DNA from: an uncultured Pseudohongiella sp.
Lineage (GTDB): Bacteria; Pseudomonadota; Gammaproteobacteria; Pseudomonadales; Pseudohongiellaceae
Direction of reading: 5' to 3'
Assembly (NCBI GenBank): GCA_965228725.1
Contig: OZ245834.1
Location: forward strand, 674,198 to 738,197
DNA length: 64,000 nucleotides
Below the pieces are notes generated by a model. That model was not told the origin of the DNA. It saw nothing but the letters and a program-made list of their open reading frames with translations, and ran no database searches. The position numbers and the translations under genes were made by a program. Numbering within the stretch: the stretch's first letter is position 1; each line of letters starts with the position of its first letter. Positions 33,879 through 42,379 of this stretch are shown piece by piece.

Positions 33879-35153
33879 CTAGTCGTTAATCAGGACGGTC
33901 TCCGCCCCATCGAATGTATCGGTACTCGAGATGATGATTGTTTCGCCGGCCTCGAGCCCGCTCAGAATCTCAATCGTATTCAGGCTTGTCGCACCGGTCG
34001 TGATAGTGCGGCGTCGCGCCATACCATCGGCGACCACGTAGGCAACACGGCCATTGCCGCTATCGAAAAATTGACCTCGCTGCACCATGATGACGTCGGC
34101 TTTTTCTTCGAGCAGGATGCGAGTTGTGAGGCGCTGGTTCTGTCGCAGGCCATCGGGGACCTGTCCATTGAAGCGTACGCGGCCGGTAACCTGATTGGCG
34201 ATAATTTCTGGCGAGACAGCGACGAGAGTCGCGGGGAACACATCGGTGCCTGCACGCACTTCGGACTGCATGCCGATGGCAAGATCGTCAGCATAACTCT
34301 CTGAGATTTGTACCTCGACTTCGAAGGCTGACAAATCAACGACACTTAGGATGGCCTGATTCTCAGCCACATTGGTTTTTTGATTGACCGCAAGGTTTCC
34401 GACGATGCCGCTCACCGGCGACAGCACTTGCAACTCATCGACCTGTCGCACAAGATCGGCGACCAATAACTCTTGCTGATCGACGCTAAGTTGAGTCGTC
34501 CGCAGTTCAAACTCGAGTCGTTCGTTGTCGAGTTCGGTATCCAGCACCGCATGCTTGTGTAGCAGCTCCGCTGTCTGCAGATCGTCCTGCGCCTTTTCGT
34601 AATCCACTTCGATCAGCGCACCGCGGGTAAAGGCGCGCTCAGCTCTCTGCATCTCACGCTGCGCTGCTTTGAGCGCAATGCTCGCAGAGTCTTCAGCCTT
34701 CTGGTTTTCCAGTTGCTGTTGCCTGGTAGTGATCTGCTGCCGCTCCATCTCTACCTGCAGAGACAACAAGCGAGACTGTTCCTGCGCCAGCCGATTCTCG
34801 ATCTCCGGGCTGTCTATTTCAGCCAGCACCTGTCCCGCCATTACACTGTCACCGGAGTCTACATTGAACGTGATAGTGCCCGATTTACTGGCGTAGAGTG
34901 TTGGGCTGACTGCGGCCACGACGCGCCCCTGCACCGAGATATCGCGCAGGAAATCGCCACGCCGCACCTCGGCCAGACGCAGTCGTTCCAACGCAACCGA
35001 TTGTTCTGCCTGACTCCAGCGTGCGAGCACTGGCGTGACCAGCCATAGCGTCACAAGTAACAGGATTGCGACCGCAATCCAGATAAACAGGGGGCGGCGC
35101 CCTGACGGTGGCGCGATGGCCACATCCTGGGCGGAGGTATCAGATATGCTCAC
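33879..35153 (-). CDS. HlyD/MacA-family periplasmic adaptor (membrane fusion protein)
   Basis: N-terminal TM, barrel-sandwich, long coiled-coil hairpin and beta-barrel order. First gene of the 4-gene exporter operon. Confidence 0.9.
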   Translation of the reverse strand: MSISDTSAQDVAIAPPSGRRPLFIWIAVAILLLVTLWLVTPVLARWSQAEQSVALERLRLAEVRRGDFLRDISVQGRVVAAVSPTLYASKSGTITFNVDSGDSVMAGQVLAEIDSPEIENRLAQEQSRLLSLQVEMERQQITTRQQQLENQKAEDSASIALKAAQREMQRAERAFTRGALIEVDYEKAQDDLQTAELLHKHAVLDTELDNERLEFELRTTQLSVDQQELLVADLVRQVDELQVLSPVSGIVGNLAVNQKTNVAENQAILSVVDLSAFEVEVQISESYADDLAIGMQSEVRAGTDVFPATLVAVSPEIIANQVTGRVRFNGQVPDGLRQNQRLTTRILLEEKADVIMVQRGQFFDSGNGRVAYVVADGMARRRTITTGATSLNTIEILSGLEAGETIIISSTDTFDGAETVLIND

Positions 35154-35498
35154 TCGGTCCTCGCGCGTAGTGCTTTATTGTCGTTATTCCCCAGAGCCAA
35201 GAGCCTCTGGCCTGGAATTAGTACTTGGACGAGTGGCAAATGAAAAAGGTTAACATTTTGGCAAATTTGTCTGGGCCGTACCTGCAGGGCAGGAATAGGC
35301 GCGTGCAGCTTCTGCCCATAGCATCGGGACCCAGACGGTGCTCGCGCTGCAGCGCATTGCAACAACAAGTTGGAGTGATACACTAAGTCAGTTCCGGATC
35401 GCTCACACCGTGATTGCGCTTACCGGAATACACAGACGCTCTGCCCCTGGAGTGACTGATGTTGCAACTCTCACAGAACAAAAGAATAAGGAGAGAGC

Positions 35499-36338
35499 AT
35501 GGAAAGCAGTTTACTCACAGGCCGTCGTCGCACCCTGCCCAGTGTGCTCGCACTGCTGACACTCGGCATTGCAGCTACCAAGATTCTGAACGGGCCGGTC
35601 AGTTACGCTGAAGACGCCGGTAATCTTTACAATACCCCTTTTGATATTCGCACCGGCGAGCGTTATTTCGAACGCCAGTGTTCGCGCTGTCATGGCTTCG
35701 ATGCGAAAGGCAATGACGAGACTGGTGCACCTGATTTGACAGGCCGCCTCAATCGCGCGAGTAGCGATGCGGGTATCTTCAATATCATTCGTGAAGGCGT
35801 GCCTGGCACAGCGATGCTACCCGTGGCGGCCGACGTTCCTGACGCAACGGTCTGGCAACTCGTTTCCTATATTGGCTCACTGCGCTATGACCCATCCAGC
35901 GTCGATCTCGCCGGAGACGCCGATGCCGGTCGCGCACTGTTTACTGGACGTGCCGAATGTAACAGTTGCCACATGGTGGCGGGTGAAGGCGGCCGCATGG
36001 GCCCCGATCTCTCCCGTGTGGGCGAGAACCAGCGCCCGGAAGACCTGCTCGACGCCCTGGTCAATCCCAGCGCCGATGTCGATCCTCGCTGGTGGACGCT
36101 GCGGGTAACCGGACCGGATGGTGTAACGCACGAAGGCTTTCGGATGAACGAGGACAGCTTCTCTTTGCGCATTATGGATGCCGACGAGGAGCTATGGTCC
36201 TTCCCCAAGAACCGCATCGAATCCTACGACCGAATTGAACAATCCACCATGCCCAGCTATGACCAGCGCCTGAGTGAAGACGAGCTCGACGACCTGGTCG
36301 CCTATCTGTTTTCACTGCGCCGGGAGAGATCCGAATAA
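35499..36338 (+). CDS. dihaem c-type cytochrome
   Basis: Signal peptide and two CxxCH motifs (CSRCH, CNSCH). Stop overlaps the start of the PQQ dehydrogenase. Confidence 0.8.
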   Translation: MESSLLTGRRRTLPSVLALLTLGIAATKILNGPVSYAEDAGNLYNTPFDIRTGERYFERQCSRCHGFDAKGNDETGAPDLTGRLNRASSDAGIFNIIREGVPGTAMLPVAADVPDATVWQLVSYIGSLRYDPSSVDLAGDADAGRALFTGRAECNSCHMVAGEGGRMGPDLSRVGENQRPEDLLDALVNPSADVDPRWWTLRVTGPDGVTHEGFRMNEDSFSLRIMDADEELWSFPKNRIESYDRIEQSTMPSYDQRLSEDELDDLVAYLFSLRRERSE

Positions 36339-38002
36339 TGAAAAGAACACGCCATGTCGCCCTGCTCGCTTCCTGCCTTTCCCTGGTTTCTGCCTCGCAG
36401 TTGCTTGCCCAGGAAACAGATCAGGAACAGCCCTTCACCTCGGTCATTACGCCGGCCTTTACACCCGTCACCTGGGAACGTCTGGTCGATGCGCGCAATG
36501 AACCGGAAAACTGGTTGATGTACTCGGGCACGCTGGACAGCCAGCGTTACAGCCTGCTGGATCAGGTCAATACCAGCAACGTCGATCAGCTTGAACTCAA
36601 GTGGTCCTACCAGATCCCTGTGATCGACCGCGCCGAGACCGTGCCGCTGGTCGTGGACGGAATCATGTTCATCACCGAGGCGCCGAGCAATGTGGTGGCG
36701 GTGGATGCTGCGACTGGACGTGAATACTGGCGCTATAACCATGACATGCCCGATGACCTGCGCATCTGCTGCGGACGCAACAACCGCGGTGTCGCAATCC
36801 TCGGCGAGACTCTCTTCATGAGCACGCTGGACGCGCACCTTGTCGCCATCGATGCCCGCACCGGTAACGTGCTCTGGGACAAGGAAGTGGCGCCCCATGA
36901 CACCGGTCACAGCAAAACGGCAGCCCCCCTGATCGTGAAAGATCTGGTCGTTACCGGCATTGCTGGCGGGGAATTCGGCATCCGCGGCTTTCTCGATGCC
37001 TACGACCCGGAGACTGGCGATCTGGTGTGGCGTACCTACACCATTCCGGGGCCGGGTGAATTCGGCAACGATACCTGGTCAGGGGACTCCTGGCAGAACG
37101 GTGGCAGCCCAACCTGGATCACGGGCTCCTATGATCCGGAACTGGACCTGATCTACTGGGGAACCGGTAACCCGGGCCCGGACTGGAATGGCGATGTCCG
37201 TCTCGGCGACAACCTCTATTCCGATTCCGTGCTGGCTCTCGATGCCGATACGGGCAATCTGGAGTGGTATTTCCAGTTCACACCTCATGACGTACACGAC
37301 TACGACGCGATCCAGATTCCCATCCTCGCAGATATCGAAGTGGGCGGCGAACAGGTCCCAGCCATGATGTGGGCCAATCGCAACGGCTTTTACTACACAT
37401 TCAATCGGGCCACGGGCGAGTTCCTGCTCGGCAAGCCCTACGCCACCGTGACCTGGGCCTCCGGTCTGGACCCACAAACTGGCGCCCCTATCCGGGTCCC
37501 AGGCATGGAGCCCACTTATGAGGGCGTGCTGGTCTCACCCCCGATTGTCGGTGCCACCAACTGGTACTCACCCGGTTACAGTCAGGACACCGGCCTCTTC
37601 TACGTCACCTCGTTCGATGGTGAACAGGAGTTTTACAAGCGCGATGAAGACTTTGAAGTCGGGGAACGCTATACGGGCGGCGGTGGTCGCTATATCCAGC
37701 CCATGGACTCCTTCCATAGTTCAATTCGTGCCATCGACCCAAGTACTGCCGATATCGTCTGGGAATTCCCGATCATGCCCCGTTCGTCTGCCGGCATTAC
37801 CACGACTGCCGGTGGATTGCTCTTCTCCGGCACTGCAGATGGTTATTTCTTCGCGCTCGATGCCGAATCCGGAGATGAGCTGTGGAACATCTCTCTGGGT
37901 AGCCGGGTACATGCCGCGCCAATGACTTACTCAGTCGATGGCGAGCAGTTCGTTACCATCGCATCGGGCAATGTGGTGTTTACTTTTGGCCTGAAAGACT
38001 GA
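36338..38002 (+). CDS. PQQ-dependent alcohol dehydrogenase (methanol/ethanol family)
   Basis: Signal peptide, vicinal Cys-Cys (LRICCGRNNRG, nt 36767-36772), TPHDVHDYD (nt 37298-37306), propeller W motifs. Confidence 0.9.
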   Translation: MKRTRHVALLASCLSLVSASQLLAQETDQEQPFTSVITPAFTPVTWERLVDARNEPENWLMYSGTLDSQRYSLLDQVNTSNVDQLELKWSYQIPVIDRAETVPLVVDGIMFITEAPSNVVAVDAATGREYWRYNHDMPDDLRICCGRNNRGVAILGETLFMSTLDAHLVAIDARTGNVLWDKEVAPHDTGHSKTAAPLIVKDLVVTGIAGGEFGIRGFLDAYDPETGDLVWRTYTIPGPGEFGNDTWSGDSWQNGGSPTWITGSYDPELDLIYWGTGNPGPDWNGDVRLGDNLYSDSVLALDADTGNLEWYFQFTPHDVHDYDAIQIPILADIEVGGEQVPAMMWANRNGFYYTFNRATGEFLLGKPYATVTWASGLDPQTGAPIRVPGMEPTYEGVLVSPPIVGATNWYSPGYSQDTGLFYVTSFDGEQEFYKRDEDFEVGERYTGGGGRYIQPMDSFHSSIRAIDPSTADIVWEFPIMPRSSAGITTTAGGLLFSGTADGYFFALDAESGDELWNISLGSRVHAAPMTYSVDGEQFVTIASGNVVFTFGLKD

Positions 38003-38427
38003 ACAGCCTGCCCCGTGGGCTCTATGCAGCCTGCGGGGAAATAAAACACGATTTTTCAATAGTTTAAAGTGTTTTATTAACGCTTAATCTGAAAGAAGGT
38101 GAAAAACCGCTCGTCTCGAGACAAAAACACCGTCCACGCTTGTCTTTTCCCGGGTCTAAGCCTCCAAAAAAGCTCTTGTTTACCTCGCTTTCCAAAACGA
38201 AATTGTTCGCTATTACAGTATGTTAGGGGGCAATTTGGAGGTTTGATGCGACACCTCTCGCCCTCTGCGGCCTGACAGCAACCACGACACTGCAAGCACC
38301 CCGCACCGAGTTTGACCCTCTGTTGTCCCTATAAAGCACTTTCCCGGAGCGAACCCTGTGGTTAACCTGCGGAGAATAGCTCGCAGGCAGTCCGCGCGAA
38401 AAACCCAGAACAACAACGGCATTCTCT

Positions 38428-40653
38428 ATGGCGATCAAGCACCCCCAGTTTCCGGCCGCCGCCTATAATGACACCGCTACGCTCGTGCAGCCCTGCCCTG
38501 GCTCACGCCTGGTCGAAGACGATAACGGTAGCGTCCTGTTTGGCCAGCCGCCCGAGGTTCTGAAAGGCCTGCTTCTGGCTGGGATCAATAATTTCGACAC
38601 CATCGTACTGCCGGATATCAAAGAGAAGAGCGGATCACTGACTAACAGCCTCGAGTTTCCCCTCTATTTCTTCCTCTTCGTCAGCAAGGGGCTGGAAGAA
38701 GGGCGCAGACTCAATCTGGTGGGCGAAGCCACCGATATCTCCCATGCCCTGCGCCTGCTGCGCATTACCCTGCTGGGGCCCACCCGACCTGAACTGGAGG
38801 GCTGGGGTACGGAACCCGCCCTACGAGACGAATGGCTGGCCGCGGCCTGTGAGCTCGCGCTCAAGGACGCAGACGGACGCATTATCCCGGTCGAAGACTT
38901 CTTCAATATCGTGCCTTTCGAGCAGGGTGTCGCTGCAATTGGGCGCCAGACGATAGCCCATCTCGGACCCGACCTCTTTGAACTCAGCTCCGCCGGCAAC
39001 GGCGTCATGCGGATCGATCTGAACGAAGATACGCGGATCGATCCCCCGTATCCCATGCAGCCGGATTATGTGCCTGGCGGGCTGGTCAAAATGGGCATCG
39101 AGGTACTTGGCGGAGCCTCGGGTTTCACACCGACAGAACCGTGTACGGGGCTCGCGCTGTGCTACAACGGGGAGTACCTGTTGATCGACTGCATACCCTT
39201 CCTGGAACAACATCTGTTCGCTCGCGGCATCTCCAGGAATCAGATCAGCGCAGTGTTCCTCACGCATCTGCATGACGACCACTCCTCGCTTTTACCGTTA
39301 CTGCAGATGCCCCAACGCATTGACCTCATCACGACCCGAGAAATCTACACGATGGCGATGGAGAAAATCGCCTGCGGGATCGGCTGGACTCCCGACGTGG
39401 TTGCGGAGCATTTTCGGCTGGAAGAAGTTGTTCCCGGCAAACGATTGAATTATTTCGGCCTGAGCATCGAACCCCACGTGACCGTGCACAGCATCCCGAC
39501 CATCGGCGCGACCTTCTCAACCGTCCACAAAGGAATCCGTCGAGAGATCTGCGTGGTCGGTGACAACCACGCCATGAGTTCAGTGCGCGAGATGACCAGT
39601 CGTGGCTTGATACGCGCGTCGACAACCAGCAATCTCGAACGTCTTTATAGTGATCGTTTCGCCCTGCTAGTGGCCGACGGTGGTGCTGGTGCCATCCATG
39701 GCGATCCTGCCGACGCCATTCAATCCGGTTCTGACCGCGTTGTGTTCGTACATGTAGAGCAGCTCACCAATGAGTTCAATACCACTTTCTCACTGGCGAC
39801 CAGCGGCAAACGCTACACTATTCTCGAGGGCGACCCGGCAATCTATACTTCGCAAATCAATCACTACCTCACCTGCTGGCTAGGCCGCCCCTTCCCGAAT
39901 CGCTGGATGCGCAGCTTGCTGGCCGAAGAGGAGATTCGTCGCTACAACGCCGACGATGTGATTCTGGTGCAAGACACTACCACCCGCGGCTTCGTCTACC
40001 TGATACTCACCGGCTATTGTGATGTTGTCCGTCACGATGGCAGGGAGTTGCATTACGAGGCCAGCCTGCAGGCCGGCGACATACTCGGCGAGATGGCTGT
40101 CATCACCGGCGTCGGCACACGAAACGCGAGTGTCGTAGCAAAGACACCTGTCACCTTATGCGTTTTCTCAGAGGAGACGTTCAAGTCTTTCATCTTCGCA
40201 GAAGGTTTTCAGGACAAACTTCTGATGCAATGGGCCATGCGTCCACTCGTCTCGAAGCAGCCGCAATTCCGGGAACTGAGTTCTACGGTGCTGGAGAAAT
40301 TATGCAAGATGGGTGAGACCCGCTCACTGCAAGCCGGCGATGATCTCGCCATCGATGAAACCTACTGGTATCTACTGGCGATGGGTGATGCCAGCATTAG
40401 CGGAAAGCGCCTGTGTCGCGATGATGACTTCGGCAAGCGCCCATTCGCCGAGCCGCGCTACGGCAGTGTGAGCACTGAAAAAGGCTGCAAGTTGTTGTTG
40501 TTCAACGCAGAGCAACTGGATCAACTGCGACTGAGCACTCCACAACTCAATTACATTCTGCGGAAATTGCGTGTGTTGGAGGATAGTGCTGGGGTAGACT
40601 GGCTACTGGGTCCTGTTTCGATAACCGATCAGTATTCAGCTATTCCACACTAG
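38428..40653 (+). CDS. MBL-fold metallohydrolase fused to tandem cyclic-nucleotide-binding domains
   Basis: HLHDDH (nt 39265-39282) fits HxHxDH. C-terminal FVYLILTGYCDVV...GDILGEMAVITG..RNASVVA is a cNMP-binding pattern, followed by a second weaker copy. 741 aa. Confidence 0.8.
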   Translation: MAIKHPQFPAAAYNDTATLVQPCPGSRLVEDDNGSVLFGQPPEVLKGLLLAGINNFDTIVLPDIKEKSGSLTNSLEFPLYFFLFVSKGLEEGRRLNLVGEATDISHALRLLRITLLGPTRPELEGWGTEPALRDEWLAAACELALKDADGRIIPVEDFFNIVPFEQGVAAIGRQTIAHLGPDLFELSSAGNGVMRIDLNEDTRIDPPYPMQPDYVPGGLVKMGIEVLGGASGFTPTEPCTGLALCYNGEYLLIDCIPFLEQHLFARGISRNQISAVFLTHLHDDHSSLLPLLQMPQRIDLITTREIYTMAMEKIACGIGWTPDVVAEHFRLEEVVPGKRLNYFGLSIEPHVTVHSIPTIGATFSTVHKGIRREICVVGDNHAMSSVREMTSRGLIRASTTSNLERLYSDRFALLVADGGAGAIHGDPADAIQSGSDRVVFVHVEQLTNEFNTTFSLATSGKRYTILEGDPAIYTSQINHYLTCWLGRPFPNRWMRSLLAEEEIRRYNADDVILVQDTTTRGFVYLILTGYCDVVRHDGRELHYEASLQAGDILGEMAVITGVGTRNASVVAKTPVTLCVFSEETFKSFIFAEGFQDKLLMQWAMRPLVSKQPQFRELSSTVLEKLCKMGETRSLQAGDDLAIDETYWYLLAMGDASISGKRLCRDDDFGKRPFAEPRYGSVSTEKGCKLLLFNAEQLDQLRLSTPQLNYILRKLRVLEDSAGVDWLLGPVSITDQYSAIPH

Positions 40654-40666
40654 AGTCTGTCGCAGT

Positions 40667-41524
40667 ATGAGCACACCCTCGACTCCCGTACCAAAATCGA
40701 CTATTCCGCACAGCGTCTCACCGCAACAGATTCTGGCGTTGAACGACGCAGCAAGTTCGGAAAATAAAATCCATAGCGACGAGATCGCAGCACGCTATGG
40801 CTTCAAGGGCGCGCTGGTCAGCGGCGTCAATCTGTTCGGCTATCTCACGCAGTCATTGGTACGCACCTATGGTGCCAGTTGGCTGGAGAGCGGCATCATG
40901 GATGTCGCCTTTCTCAAGCCCGCTTACGAAGACGAACTGCTATCGATCCGCACCGAGACGCTCGGTATGGAATCCAGTCAGCGCAATCATCTCACCAGTC
41001 TCTATAACGAGACTGGTCGCCTGCTGGCCAAGCTGGAGTCCTGGTTGCCCGATCAGCTCCCTGCCATTCAAAGCTGCCTGCCAGTGAACAGTGACATCGC
41101 TACCGCACCCGAGCAAAGACCGGAAGCCCACTGGGATGCGATCGAACTGATGCAACCGGCATCCGCCTTCATCTGGCAACCCGACAGCGCAGAGAACGCA
41201 GAACACGTAGCCATCCAGCGAGATCAGTCTGCGCTCTATCAGGGCGATGAAGCCTATCTGCACCCCTACCTCATTCTCAAGATGTGCAATCAGGCCCTGA
41301 TGCGACTGTATGCCATGCCTGCCTGGATACACACAGGCAGCAAACTGATCCTGCGCAAGGCGCTGCGGGTCGGCCAGTCGATTGAAATACGCAGCCTGCC
41401 GGTCGACAAGTGGGAACAACGTGGCCATCAGTTCATCAAGCTCTATGTTGCCATGCTGACGGCTGATGAGGTCGCGCTGGAAGTCGAGCACACAGCCATC
41501 TTCAGGATCGCCGACCAGTCCTGA
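40667..41524 (+). CDS. MaoC-like/hotdog-fold protein
   Basis: NKIHSDEIAARYGFKGALVSGVNLFGY matches the MaoC dehydratase N-x-I-H-x-D motif. Confidence 0.65.
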   Translation: MSTPSTPVPKSTIPHSVSPQQILALNDAASSENKIHSDEIAARYGFKGALVSGVNLFGYLTQSLVRTYGASWLESGIMDVAFLKPAYEDELLSIRTETLGMESSQRNHLTSLYNETGRLLAKLESWLPDQLPAIQSCLPVNSDIATAPEQRPEAHWDAIELMQPASAFIWQPDSAENAEHVAIQRDQSALYQGDEAYLHPYLILKMCNQALMRLYAMPAWIHTGSKLILRKALRVGQSIEIRSLPVDKWEQRGHQFIKLYVAMLTADEVALEVEHTAIFRIADQS

Positions 41525-41746
41525 GCTGAAGTCCCGCTCAGGCTACCGCAACTGTCCGGCGGATCATCTCTTCACCGCCCCTTCCCCCACCTCGCTTCAT
41601 GCCATACTGCTGGCACGCCGGACTTCGTTTCGAGTATAGTTTTCATCAGTACTGGCGGGATTTTCCAAATTCTTCGGTGCATACACAGGAATAACAAGAG
41701 CACACGCTGCAAGGCGTCAGAACCGACACAGAACCGGAAACCCAGC

Positions 41747-42310
41747 ATGCCTCTCGACATTACTTTCACTCTCAGCGACCGGGACATCGAGCGCTTCAAA
41801 TCTATTGTTAGCAACTCTCGCCACGCCGCCAGCGATCAGCAGGGAAAGATCGAGATCGAGAATGCGGCGCGCAGAATTGTCGACCTGGCCATGGGTGCAG
41901 ACTTGCCTGACTTCATCGCCAGCCGCCTGTTGCAACTCAAGACGCTACTGCAGATGTTGCAAGACCGGGAGTGGGATCTGGCCGAGAGCGAAAAGTCACG
42001 CATCATCAGTGCGCTGTCCTACTTTGCCAATCCCACCGACCTGATACCCGATCACATTCCCGGCATCGGCTTTCTCGACGATGCCATCTTTGTCGAAATT
42101 GTTATCAACGAGCTGCGGGACGAGATTGCTGCCTACGATGAGTTCTGCGATTTCCGCAACAGTGAAGAAGCACGCCGGGTCGCGGCCGGCGAAGACATTA
42201 CAGCCGCGCGCGAGGCCTGGCTGAAGGAAAAACGCGATGCGCTGCAAGCGCGCTTGCAAGAGAGTCGGGGCAACCCGGAAAGTGATGGACTCACATTCCA
42301 TTTCCTGTAG
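41747..42310 (+). CDS. DUF1232 (YkvA-like) domain protein
   Basis: PTDLIPDHIPGIGFLDDAIFVEIV is the characteristic DUF1232 motif. Confidence 0.7.
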   Translation: MPLDITFTLSDRDIERFKSIVSNSRHAASDQQGKIEIENAARRIVDLAMGADLPDFIASRLLQLKTLLQMLQDREWDLAESEKSRIISALSYFANPTDLIPDHIPGIGFLDDAIFVEIVINELRDEIAAYDEFCDFRNSEEARRVAAGEDITAAREAWLKEKRDALQARLQESRGNPESDGLTFHFL

Positions 42311-42379
42311 CATGCTTGCTCATTGACAGATAGACGGAAGCTCACGCCAACGAACCTGACTGATTGAATACTTTGTGCA

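Noticed and set aside
38003-38427. 425-bp intergenic region as a riboswitch or ncRNA
   Set aside because: I found only a weak 5-bp hairpin (ccccg...cgggg, 38011-38038) and a direct repeat cagcctgc. No recognisable riboswitch core could be seen, and this cannot be supported without covariance models.
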